64,000 nt of DNA from Cycas panzhihuaensis (taxonomy: Eukaryota > Plantae > Cycadophyta), in assembly GCA_023213395.1 (NCBI GenBank), contig CM041465.1, positions 181,295,741 through 181,359,740 of the forward strand, in the 5' to 3' direction. A program made the translations under genes and the position numbers. The first letter of the stretch is position 1; each line of letters begins with the position of its first letter. Under the pieces are notes generated by a model, which worked only from the letters and a program-made list of their open reading frames with translations, had not been told where the DNA came from and ran no database searches. This document shows, one piece after another, positions 17,101-30,974 of this stretch.

Positions 17101-20100
17101 TTAAAAATGATTAAACACTTCTGACCTCTTCTTCAAAAAATGCACCCAGGATTTCCTAGTATGATCATCTACAAATATCAAGGTATATTAAGCTCCTCCT
17201 AATGAAGGAATGGGGAGTAGACCCATCACATTTGAGTGTACAAGTTGCAGTTTCTCCTTAGCTCTCTAGGCTTTATCCTGAGTAAATGGATATATGTGAT
17301 GCTTGTCATACATGTAGCCTTCGTAAACACCATATAAACATGAGATCTATTATAACCCTTCCACCATCTTCAACTTATTCATCAAGGCTATAGTACCATA
17401 ATTAAGATACCCTAGCCTTTTTTTCCATAAATAACTGCTTTTGTCTGCACTGGCTATAAGAGCATATGAATGGTTTAGATTCTGAAATTTCTTAAACACC
17501 CAAAAATCATTCTCAACTTTTTCAGTTGCAGTGATAGCAAATCACTTTTTTGGATCCTTAATTAGGCATTTATCCTTATAAAGCTTGATCTTTAAATCAC
17601 TTTTGTAGATCTCCCAAGTTGATAGGAGGTTTTTAGTCATCTCTTATGCATAATACACTTTATCGAAAATTCCCTTTGTAAGATTTATAGCTCTAACACC
17701 CTTAATCGGTATAGCATGGGCATTACCATGAATATTCTAAAAATCATAGGGTTATTACACCATGTTGTAAATATTGCCTTAGAGAAAGTTATATTCTACT
17801 GTGCTCCCAAATCAAGAATCCATCTATCTTTTAATAATAAGGATATGACCTTTGCATAATGGACTTTAATATCCTTTCCCTTTTTCTTGTGTGATTCCTA
17901 CTTCTTTTGATAACAATTGAGTTCTTTATGGCCTAACTTCTTGCAATAGTTATAGGGTCTAGTGAACCTCTTCTTCTTCTTTTTCAACTCTTGATTTTCT
18001 AAAGAACTAGCCTTTTTCTAACCTTTATCTTATTGATTATCTCTTGCCCTTTATATTTTTATTATGAAGGCATGATTGGATTTAAAATTTCGAAGCAAAC
18101 CATGATGCTTCAACTTAGCAACCTCATCTAAAATCAAGTTCTTCAACTCCTTAAACTTCATCTACTCTACAAAAGTATCATTCACATAGAGGGTTTGAAA
18201 TATAGTAAAGGAAGCTAGTAATCTCCACATAATAAGAGTGAAAAATAACTCCTTATCAATGGATCCTAATTTAATTACTTCTAGTTTATTTATCAAATCT
18301 GTCACCTTATTAAGGTAAACACTAATGTTATTCTCATATTCGATGGTGGCATTCAATAACTCCATCAATAATATAAGATATTAGTTTGATTTCTTTAATT
18401 AATAAGTCTCTAACATCTTCGACCCTATTTCATTTAGTAATTTGAGGTTATGAACTAGTGCCCTTTGATTTGGGTCAAGAGATAGAGTCAACAAACTAAT
18501 TGCCATGAGCTTCTTCTCTTGTAAGTGATTTCTTTTCTCTTCATCTAGGGGAATGGTAGCAATCAGATCCTTGGTGATCATCCACAATTGATTTACCATT
18601 AGATGTAACTACATGGCAATCTTCCATTCACTAAAGTTATTCCCATTAAAGATTACCAGGGAAAGCTTCTTTATTTTGAATATTGAAGACACAGCTCTAA
18701 TGAACACCCCCACAGATCAAATCACTAAAAATAACACTTCAATCCCAATGAACATGGCTCACACACTTGTCAAATGTGTCTCTCATAAATAAACCAACTT
18801 CCATGACCTTTTTTGATAACCCACTATAGGCTAAAATAGTATGAATAGGTAATAATTAGCCTAGAATAAGTTTAAAATTAACAAAATAACCTCAACAATG
18901 GCTCACTTCATTAGAAAAATATTTCTACATGATGTCCAATAGGTTTATATCCATATTTAAGCAACAAACATTGGCTAGTTAGAAAACAATGGGTTGTGCA
19001 CCTTCCGATAACTCATAGAAGTCTTTAAATTGCCAAAAAAATGCTCATTTTGGCACTAAATGACTATGAAACTCTATATTCTACTCTTCTACAACTGATA
19101 ATCCTAATCATAATGATGCACCAACTTTCCTATAGCTCCCACAACTCTTTGTGCATACACAACACACTTTACAACATAAAGAAATGCTAAAAAATGACAA
19201 AAAAAGACCAAAATAATGCTCACTTCTTCAACATGCGCCTATAAGAAAAGGCTTAGAAATGATCATAATAAATATAGAATTGTTATGTGCCATATTTTTT
19301 ATGATCAAATAGATCAAATGATTGAGTTTTTATGCTCTTTGAAGCGTTGCAATGTTTTAAATAACTGCCACCTTCCAAACAATATCTATGGTTGTTAAGG
19401 TGATTTTAATCCCTTAATACAACTTATAAAGTTGATATAAATCACTTTCATAATGTTTAATTCTTTAGAAACATCATTAAATAATTAAATATCAACTTAC
19501 CTTCTCCAAAAAAATATAAGACATCAAAATAATATCGCCACCCCTCAAATATGGCCACACAACCTCATATATTTAAATGGTGGCTCAAAATGGTTAAAAA
19601 ACTCTATGGTTAGTATAACAATAGCCCCAAGCATGAATTAGATCCATCACTAGTAAGAAACAAAGCTAAACAAAGGAGAAAATGTTGAAAATGGATGAAA
19701 GATCACACTATTTTGATCATAATGGTCTTTAGATCTTTGTGAGATGCCTAACGTGCTTTCTAATGAAAAATTAAGGTCTAAATCTCTTCTAGAATCACTG
19801 TAGGTCTATAATAGACACCATGTAGCCTCTAGTTCTCACAAATAAGCTCCCACCAACTCCAAACAAGCAAAAAACCTCTCCAAATAGTTAAAAGATGACT
19901 ATTTTTCAACCTCTTGCCAATAAAATGATTCAAAACTTCTTTAGAGATTAGATATGAGATAAACACATTTATATGCATCTCAAACATGAGCTATCACATA
20001 TGAATGATGCTTCCATAAGCTGTTGAAATGATTACAGTTGATTTTATTAACTTTGGTTATGTTACCAACCTTATTAATGGCTTGATCTTGTTCTAAATGG

Positions 20101-20626
20101 CTTTATGATGATATGCACTTCTAGATAGCTCTAATACCATGTGAGAATTTAAACATGATCAGGCTTACCCTAATGCCATATAGAATTCTTGCTAGATCTT
20201 TGCTAATTTCACATAACATACATGGAAATCAAATAAAAGAATAAACACAGAATATATAGGTTTTAATGTGGAAAACCCTTTTGAGAAAAAAACCTACATA
20301 CGAAGCAATGGCTGATGATTGATTAAATGCACTAATGATTATATTATTTCCTTCTCACTTCTATTCTACTCTATCCTAGATTCATTATAAATGATCCGAA
20401 GGATACAAGCATAAAGAGTTATGACTCTTCCAAAAGGTCTGAGACTTTACCATATAATTGTGCCCTGTTGAACCTTGATAGGTGTGCCCCTTCGTATCTT
20501 GATCCTTTGTGTCCCTTTGAATCTTGATACTCATGACTCTTCATATCTCATTCTCAGTTTCCACTACTTATTGCCATATGAAGCATTAACTCTGTCATGC
20601 ATTAATCTTAGCCATGGTCACTAACA
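14166..20626 (-). mobile_element. Element B: full-length but decayed Ty1/copia retrotransposon nested in A
   Basis: LTRs 14166-14651 and 20140-20626 (TG..CA); PBS gctctaatacca 20128-20139; PPT tcccccttt at 14652; gag (IFNGNNFSEWK), integrase, RT (NNTWDLVPLP..VGYKWVYK; YVDDL) and RNase H remnants at ~14770-18700; TSD weak (cataa/tatat). Confidence 0.92.
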
Positions 20627-21259
20627 TATATTATAACAAGAGAAGCTTTAAAACTAGTCTTGCCTCATGTTCTATAAGATAATTCCTAATAATCTCAATA
20701 TTAATTGTTAGGCCATAAAACTATTGACTTGATGAGAAAACATTCTTGAGATAGTAAGAGTATCACTTAACCTATTCTTTCTTATAACTTTCTTAGAAAA
20801 TAATCTATTAATCATTAATGCATTATAGGTTATTATATTGGAACTTTGGGTTTTGAATTTCCCTTAACCATTACTTAAGTTTATGGCTTACCTTTAACCA
20901 TCTCTTAAGTTTTATAGCTTACCTACAACCATTGTTGCCAATAACTCAGCTCACCTCTATGAAGTCGAGATACAAAGCTTGGGAGCAAGCTATATTACCT
21001 AACCAATTAGAGTTATATACTACATCCATTTGTATTTTATCATATAAGACCTTTTCTTATCTACTCTAACACTAAGTGGGAAACTATCTCTCATTAACAA
21101 CTGTCTTGTCTTCTTCTTTAAAGGGACTTAGTTAGGAAACTCATCAAAGATGGTTTACTTAGCCATTAAGTGATTTAATTAATTTTTTCATTAACTTCTC
21201 ATATAACTCTGTGTTAGCCAAAACACTACATTAAATGCCTTTTCTTTCTTCTTAGGGGA

Positions 21260-21555
21260 TTTTTTTTTTTTTTTTGAGGTAAGGTTTAATAAATGTGGGG
21301 ATTTAAAAGGGGACCCCAACCCCTTTACAAAATCTGCCAAATCAACTTTTTAAATCTACCATGACAAGCCCATGACCTAGCTTTAGATAAAACCACACCT
21401 ACTATATCTACTAGACCCCCTTGCCATGATAAGACTAATGGCTAGCTATCTGCATCAAGTTGCCTATTTGCCACACCAATCCTAGTAGTTGGCTTAGACT
21501 CCCTATTAATGTTTATGCCTTCCAAGTGTTTCCTGACTAGATCTGTAATCTCATT
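21260..21555 (-). mobile_element. Short poly(A)-tailed retroposon (LINE 3' end or SINE-like) fragment
   Basis: T16 tract followed by ggtaag..gtggg..ccc.aacc..ttaca, resembling the 3' end of the LINE at 30975; right boundary approximate. Confidence 0.45.
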
Positions 21556-23712
21556 AGTGGGGGGATATCATCAAATATTCCAACATGAAATTTATCATTT
21601 TCTCTCTCTCAACATATAAGATGAGGTTCTCAAAAGCTTAAAACACTTGTAAATAATCCCCCCAAGAAAAAATCTTTCATCTTTTATTAAATTTCATACA
21701 AATATTCATATGTAATGATCAACATGTATAAAGGAGCCTTTAAATAATCAAAATAAGTGAAAATATACCTTTAAATTTTTAAAGAATAAATCTGTAAAAC
21801 TGTTATTTTCCTCTTCATATAACTTCAATGATTAAAATCTTCTTTAATCTTTTGCCATAAGGGTTTATTTGTCTAGTCATTTTGTCTATGTCTACTTTTC
21901 AACACAACTTGTAGTTCTAAAATCTGGCTTCGTATGTGAGAGTTATAGTGAAAAATGCCCATGTATGTCATAAAAAAATTAATTTGAGACAAAAAATTCA
22001 TTTGGCACCTTTTGATTTATGGCTATAGTGATATTATTTTATCTATATGGCTGCTTACTAAAGTGTTTAGGGCTAAATGATATATTTAAAATCATTATCC
22101 AATATAATTTTATTTGATTAAAAACATTACAGGAAAAAAAAAAAACCAATGGTATTTTATATTTTAACATGCACAATCATTGTCGATTATTCGATAATTA
22201 TTTACAAGTAAGTTTAGTGGATTTCAAATGCTCTGAAGTATTAAGGGCATAAATCTTTGATAGATATATCTAAAAAATCCTCTTATAACCTAATAACATC
22301 ACATTTCTTAAAAAGAAAAATAAGAAACATTAAATATAACATTGAAAATGCCAGTTGGTCTACGTAGAGTTTAATAGTAGGATGTGAGATGTATGGGTGA
22401 TTTCTGTATGCTTTCAAGCTTCCAAATAATTTGTAGAGAGTATATTTAAGTAGATAAACTTATTAACATCATTAAATTAGTTCTAAATAGCCTAATATAT
22501 CAAAAAAAAAAACATAGTTTAAATGAAGAAATGTCATTCTTTAATCTCTCACACAGATGGACCTATGAGGGTTTCACCACATCTTTAGCAAGTGGGCTTT
22601 AAATACCTCTAAATGATCTATGTTTTATGTGAATGATCTTCATGGGGTTATGAAGAATATGCCTACTATGTGGGCTAGCCTTGAAGCCTTAACTCACTCC
22701 ATACCTCTCTTTAGAATTGCCTTATTATCACATTCACCTTCTCTTTTATAACCATATGTCCTCTAATGGAACCATTAATCTATCTGTAATGACTTTTCTT
22801 CTATTTACCACCACATTTCTCAATGAGTTGCTTGCACATCTACAAATGTAGCCTAGGATTCTTCTTTGATTACTTTTGTTGCCTTTATATGTAAATAGCT
22901 TCTTAATAGGGTGTTACATACTCTCCTATAATGGATTGCTATAAACTTGTTATATTAATAGGCTTTAATGTTCCTTTTTATCATTGTAGGCCTTCTTTTC
23001 TCATACCACTAATTTCGATTCTATAGGCCTACTACATATTCACATTCTTTTCATTATTAGATAGGGATTGTAATACATGCTTATTATTCATACTTATATA
23101 CTTCAAACCTTCATAGATTTGCTCTCAAACTTATGGTAGTGAATCCCCACTAGAATACTCGCAATTGCCTCTAGAGTATACTATAATCTCTTAATAATTT
23201 TGCATAAATATACATAGACATGGATCATCTTCAAATGGTAAAGTTTGTCACCATATACATGTGTTCTTCAATAATGAATCAACTTCTCTCTCATGGCAAT
23301 TAACTGATGGATTTGTAACTACATATTCTCATTTTTTTAGGGTGTATAGGCATGCATTAACGAACTCATCTCATGGATGTATATCACAACTCTTGCATGT
23401 TTAATAAACATTAGCCATATGTATATAGAATGTCTACAAATAAACATAACTTTAAATAATAATATCATTATTAAATTTTAATGTCATCTTTATCATATCT
23501 ATGACTCTCTTCATCTCATTCTATATGTAGTTGTTAATCTATTATCATGTCTTAATTTACTAGTCATAATAGGCATATTACTGGTTCCTTTATTCACTCA
23601 ACATTAGTTCCATCTTCCTTTTCCCTACTTTGCTTTGTTCTTGAATAAGCCTTCATAAACCATAGTATCCTAAGGATCTTCTACCCTTGGCTCTAATATA
23701 ATGTTAGAATTT

Positions 23713-23714
<2 letters not shown>

Positions 23715-23800
<86 letters not shown>
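23715..23800. repeat. (AT)43 microsatellite inside the 5' LTR of element A
   Basis: Directly visible. Confidence 0.95.
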
Positions 23801-23804
<4 letters not shown>

Positions 23805-25825
23805 GTGGAAGTATAATGAGTAACATATAATCAATTAATAATATGAAATAATCAATAAAGCATTTAATAAATTAATCAATTGTGACAGACAATAGATTTT
23901 TATAGTGGAAATCTTTAATAGGGAAAACCACTTCTAAATAATATACATGATCTAATTAATATGAGTAATTAATCTAGAATTATAAAGTAAAGAACATGAG
24001 AAATTTTAAGTAGGATTAGTTTGTCTTCTAAATTGATTTCATTCATTAAGAATGATTTGATCACATGTACAAAGCACTATGCTCTTATATACAAAATAGG
24101 ATCAATACTAGTCTATACTTGACCTATAGCCACCCTAACACTTGTTATCATATTAATGATAGCCTTATGAGTCTCCAAATATTATCATGACTCATCTAAT
24201 AGTACCCACATATAAACATTAATTCTAATACTCATCCTTAATGTTTATATTATTGGCTTTAATACCAATACAAAATATAAATTTATCTAATTTATCTCTA
24301 GGTAATGGGTTGGTAAAGATATCTACTAGTTACTCTTTAGTAAGCTTGAATAAGAGATCAACTTCTCCATTTTGGATTTACCCCTAAATGAAATGATAAT
24401 ACACCTTAATGTGATTGGTGTATGCATGGAACACTAGATTCTTAGTAGTCTTTAATGTATTCTAATTACCATAATACAAAGTAATCACCTTATCCTAATG
24501 AAGTCCCAAATCATTAAGGACCTATCTGAATTAGATAGCCTCATAAGTTACTATAATTGTAGCTTTATATTTTATTTTAATATATGACAATACAACATTC
24601 AACTATTTCTTATTACTTTAAGTAATAACAATATAACCCAAACTAAAACAATACCTTAAAATATAACTTCTGTTATGAGAACATCCAGGGCAATTAGAAT
24701 CTAAATATCTTTCTAACTTAAAATTATTATTTTATCTAAACTTTAATCTATAGTATAATGTTCCCTGCAAATATTTAAGTATCCTCCTTGTAGCTTTCTA
24801 GTGGCTTTGCTTTGGCTCTATAATGAACCTCAATACTATACCAACTATAAAATATATATTAGGCCTAGTTGTAGTCAAATAAATTAAGCTACCAACTAGT
24901 TGTCTACATAATATGCCATGTATTTAATCTTTATTATCTAGAGTTATTAATTTTGAACGTACCTCCACGGGGGCTAGGGTAAGTTTATAGTCCTCCACCC
25001 TAAATTTCTTTATAAATTTTTGTATATATGTAGCCTATGAAATGATGATGTTTCTAAGCTTCTGCTCTACTTCCACTTCTACAAATAGTGGAGTAATAAA
25101 AGATCTTTCATCTTAAATATTTTCTTGAGACCATTATTTAGGTCATCAACCTTTAAAGGTGTTATTACCTATGATCATAAGATCACCTATATATAAAACC
25201 ATAAATATGACTAACTATTTATATTTAATTTTGATATATAGGTTTGGATTAGTTAGTAAACTCTCAAATCTATTATTTAAAAAATATTAATTGATCTTAG
25301 AATACTAGGGTCTCAAAGCTTATTTTAAGCCATGTAAAGACTTTTCTAAATGGTATATAAGGTGTTCTCTAACCTTTACAACATATCCAAGTTGTTATTT
25401 CATATAGACTCCCTCCTTAAGATCTCCATTTAGGAAGGTACTCTTAACATCAAACTAGTATAATTGCTATTTAAATTAAGTAACTATTACAAGTATTAGT
25501 CTTGTCACTACCATCTTAGCCACTAAAGTGAATGTCTCCTAGTAATCAATACCTTGTATTTGCTTAAATCCTTCTGCTACCAATCTAGCTTTATATTTAT
25601 TAATTGATCTATCAAATATAAATTTGGTTTTGTAGACCCATTTGAATCTAATTACTTATTTATTTACTGATAAATTAACCAAGTTCCAAGTTTTATTTTG
25701 CTTAATAGTTCAGATTTTAATATATATTATTATTATTTATTTCTTCTTCTAGTAGGTTTCCTTAAAACTCGAAGGCTCTTTAACATTTAACAGATCTACC
25801 ATTAAAGTAAAGTTGACCATGTCAA

Positions 25826-28800
25826 TGCTGGAAATCAACCTGCACAAACAATCTTTGTAAATAAAAAAGAAACCTCCATAGGATCGAATAATACCCTTAA
25901 GGTACCTTTATTATATTAACAAAACATCATTACAACATCATACAATATGATACACTATGTTGTGTATTTATAATACAAGTCATGATGGTGAGAGTGGGAC
26001 CCACTTGCATGTGGGACAAAATAAATATGTATTAATATTCCAACACTCCCCCTTGATGCACATTTAGGTCATTTGTATTTGCAACACTTTGTCCTTGGAA
26101 ATATCTTGATAATGATGTCTTCAACTTGATACTTATCTTCAATTTTGTACTGATGTCTTTGTTATAGAATGGTGCCTTTAACTTGATCTTTGTATTCAAT
26201 TCTATACTGATGCTTTTGTAGGATGATGTCCTTAGCTTGATTTCCATCTTCAATCCTGTAGCGATGACTTTGATGTAGCAGCTCTAGCATGTACAAATCA
26301 TGATTCTTCATTGTGGCTGGTCTAGTCTGATCTTGATGTAGACCCTGTAAGTAACCATCTTTAAGTACAACTTGATTATCATCATTATCCTGTATAAATT
26401 CTTGATCACCATGTACAATAGTGATTTCTTCAACCTTTGGAGCAAAATCTTGATTAATCGGCATCCTCTTTGATCTTAAATCAATACTCAAAGAATGAAC
26501 ATTATTCAAACTTGAATCAATACTTAAAGTAGAAATATCATCAATATAAGACCCATCCTTTATAGGACCATCATATTCATATTCAATTTCTCTTGAAATA
26601 ATAGTGTCATCTAAACAAACCTTTATCGATTCATCACTTTCAACATCTCCATCAGTTGTTGTAGTCTCATCAATGTATTCAACCATTGTTTCTTTAGATT
26701 TAATAGAAATTTCATCAGTACTTATATATTCTTCATCTTGACATATCGTTTCATCAATGTTGATGATATTTTCTTCATTCATTATACATGTACCTTAACC
26801 ATTACTAACCTTAAATGCCCTTTCAATCATTCGTTGTATCTCTTCAGGACTTTGTTCAAATACATCCCTTAGAAAATCCCAAGCCTCCTCAGTAGTATTT
26901 GCATGTTGAATCTTAGGAATGACAAAATGGTATTCAGAAGGAAGATCAACCTTGTTAAATACAATAAGAATCATGATGAATGCTTTTATGTTTTTCTTCT
27001 CAAGTATTTGCTTTTCTTCTTCATCATTAGGGATATCATATCCATTAGTAATAAGTTTCCACAAACCTCTAGCTATGAAAAACATCTCATTTTAATTGTC
27101 CAAAAGAAGTAGTCTTCTCCATTACACTTAGGTATTAGAAGAAATGAATCCCTTAGGTAATATTCATTTGTTTTAGGAACATATATAACCACATCATTTT
27201 CCTTTATGATTGTCAATGTACCTTTGAACAATATCCCTTTTTCAATCAACTAATTCACCCATTAATCAATCTCATCAAATTTTGTCATGTCTCATGTCCC
27301 TTACATCACTAACTTCATCATCACATCATTGCCTTATGCCTCTCATATATTACCAAATAGTCATATACAAAGAATATCTGAAACACTTACTTCAACATAG
27401 AATCAAAGCGTATACCACATACATTTCATATACCTCACATCACTATTAAATTGACAAGACACATCATGCTTCACCTAATTACCCAAAACACAACTCATGC
27501 CATAATATTACCAATGAATAAACCATACTCATATGCAATGATTTATATAACTTAACACAATTTTCTTACTTTCTTCAAATAGCTCCATCAAATAGTTTGA
27601 CCTCTTATCAATTTGTAATCATCAGTACCTTGATAATAGTTGCCCATAAACATGCCCTCTAACTCACCAATTAATCTGCCATATAACTCACATGTACTAA
27701 GCCCCTCATTACCTCATAATACCCACCTTACTCTCTTATGAAAAACACATGCAAAGAGGAACAACACATCTCATATGTAATTGCATGCAAGAGATCCTGA
27801 ATTACCATTAAACAGTCACCAAGAATGCACCCAAGATACTTGCATTGCCATGCCTTAATGATACTTTTCACAAAAAACATGCTCACCCAATCTCACCATC
27901 ATATATCATCACCTTATCCATGCCATTAAACAAAAGAAAGAACTATATAACTTGATTCAATCTTTGAAACAAAGATCACATATCAAATATAATGATATCT
28001 TTATCAAATACTTTAGTGATCAATGAATGTACAAGCAAACAATGTTAACATGGCGATTAAGTCAAAATAATCAATATCATCACAAGTGATGACAGACATG
28101 ATATATAGCCATGCGATGTCATCAATGGAATAATAATGAATTATAATGACCATATTATAAATGCACAAGCAAAAGGAGAAAGGTGGCAGGAGATGAGGGA
28201 ATATAGGCGACTTTAACTGCAAAACATCTATGCAGACGATAATCATCATGCAAGGTAACTATCATTTAACTCCCTATAGGCTTTCAATATTAATTTCCTT
28301 AAATTCTTACAATGAATCCCAACCATAACTGATGCACCATCATTTAAACTCACTACCCTCTGATCGCACCTTAGTGCAAGCTTTCTGTAGAGGATTTATC
28401 CCAAAGATCACAGTCGACGCCTTTAGGATCTCTATAGAATCAGGTAGGGACTTGGGAGGAAAGAAGCCTAAACTATTAGGCTATCAATAGGATGATGGAA
28501 TTGCTCAATTGTTTATATTCCTTAGAGTTTATTGGTGGAAAAGCTCAAAGTCACAAAGATATCAAGTTACAAAGGGGATGCCTCCTTGGTAATTGTGCGC
28601 AATAAGAAGCTGAATCTACAGACGATGATGGTAAAATAAGTGATGAAGTCATGGCACCTTCCTAAGGTGGATTCCATGAAAGCTCTGTGGTTAAATGGAC
28701 AACCCCAAGATGAACTTTGATCGTAGAAAGGATAAGTTGGATTTGAATTACATAAAATATGGGAAACAAAACAAGCGAGAAGTGCAAATTTCATTAAAGG

Positions 28801-29532
28801 AGAAGATCACCAGAAGGAGGCTTGCAATTCTATGATTCGAATGGTACTCACAAAATAGACAACAAAGAGCCATGTAAAGAAGAGACCTCTTTATCCAACA
28901 GTAAGGCAATGAAGCTGAGAATAGGCTTCAAGTGGGTGAAGAACATCACACAGGGTATAAAATTATCAGCCCAAATTTAAACACAGGAGATAAATAATCA
29001 ATGACAAATCATGATTGTCATCATAACAAGATAAATAATATATAACTAGAAAAATATTCAAACAAAATACTATAATGTAGACTAAAAAATAGCACTAATA
29101 TATAAAAGGGCAAATCACCTTGTACATAATTCATAAGAGATGAAATTAGGGTTTCTCCTTAATGAGATAAACTCACACTAGTACAACTATAAATAAAATC
29201 ACCTCACACAACCTCAATGATGACAAACTTGCAACGAACTGGTCTTTCTCAACTTGGGCACTCTGATACTGTGTTGGAAATCAACCTACACAAACAATCT
29301 TCGCAAACAAAAAAGAAACCTCCATAGGATCAAACGATGCCCTTAAGGTACCTCTATTATATTAACAAAACATCATTGCAACATCATACAATATGATACA
29401 CTATGTTGTGTATTTATAATACAAGTCATGATGGTGAGAGTGGGACCCACTTGCATGTGGGACAAAACAAATGTGCATTAATATTCCAACACTCCCCCTT
29501 AATGCACATTTAGGTCATTTGTATTTGCAACA
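25826..29532 (-). mobile_element. Element D: non-autonomous gag-only (TR-GAG/LARD-like) LTR element
   Basis: 261-bp direct repeats 25826-26086 and 29272-29532; PBS-like ctctgatac at ~29261; TSD gtcaa/atcaa; gag only, no pol motifs seen. Confidence 0.88.
26162..27170 (-). pseudogene. Copia-type gag (DUF4219/UBN2-like) of element D followed by a long acidic extension; frameshift and stop present
   Basis: PKCNGEDYFFWTIKM/FFIARGLWKLITNGY...IQHANTTEEAWDFLRDVF, then the D/E-rich 206-aa ORF 26162-26782. Confidence 0.8.
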
Positions 29533-30974
29533 ATCAAGTCTGATTCTCAACTTACATTTTCCTTTAGCCTTGGGTAATTAAGCTTCTATTATGGTTTTCA
29601 AATACCATTTGGAAAAATTCTTAGCAAGTGGAATGACCTTAGGCTATGATTATTGAGTATCTTCACACTCCTCCTCACCTTCCACTTTATCTTTTAGCTT
29701 TTACATAAGTTTTAACTTAATAAACTACTGTCTTGAAGAACTAGATTTTGATTATTCCTTAATCTACTTCCCCTTGTCTAGCCATATCTTTAAAGTGTCT
29801 AGGTCAACATTCTTCTTATCAATTTCTTTAAAATAATATCTTCAGTTATGTATACCTTTCTAGTTATTAACTCATATACCCAATATACTTTACTTTCTTC
29901 ATTGTATCCAACAAGGATATACTTGGAACTTTTGTCATTTCTCTTTTAGAACATGTATATATGTAGTACTCCAAAAGCTCACTCACTGTAGGCTTTCTCC
30001 TTGATTAAGCTTCAACTACTATCATATTCTAAATTATTAGATAATATTCAATCCATGGTCTTTAATTGGTGGTTGCCCCTCTTATGCATGCTAAGGGATC
30101 TTAATATACATATTTCTTCATGTTATGGTCATTAGTTGACTAAGTGGTTCTTAATGCATGATTAAATAGCCACATAGTGGCATTTACTATAAATATATAT
30201 TATTTCATAATGCATAATAGAGATGATTATTTCCCTTAAAGGGATGAATTATGTTGTAGTACATGCTTTATTTTTATTCTATATGTAGTTAGCATAATCT
30301 TAATAAGTTTGATATTATATATTCATAATGTCATATCATGTAACTCTTAACATGGTATCAAAGTTGTGGTATGATCCATGTAAGGCTATAAGACTATAAG
30401 TGTGCCCATATATCTATGTTATTCAAAACTTACTTTAGGTGTACTTATTATAATTGGTGAGGGGGATTACATTATTGATTAAGGTGAAGCCTACTATAGG
30501 TTAGTGGAAAGGTTGTTGAACTGCATTTATGGGGTACCTAAAGAGCATGTTGATACATGTACCTAGATCATATTAGTATGGCTCCCAATAACATATTGAT
30601 ATGCATATTTGAAGAGCATGTTGGTGCTTGAAGCATTGAAAATCCAACTAGACCATAAGTGATTGTAGTTATTCAAAAACAAATCCCATAGAAATTTATC
30701 ACATGGTTTTAATTCATTTTTTTGACTATTTATATGCATGTTTGGATAGTGTACATGTAGGTTTCCTTGAGTTTCTGAGAATGAGGCTTCAAGTGTAAGA
30801 CTGATCCCCCTATTGAAGTCATTGATGTAGTGAGGAGGACCACTATTTTATCCTTTCTTTCATGGCATAAAGTTTAATTTTAATGAGAGTTTGTAGTATG
30901 ATTTTGAGGCATCGAATGATGCATTTACCCTATTTAAAAACATTGGTTTTAAGAGTCATTTAATGGTAGAACTT

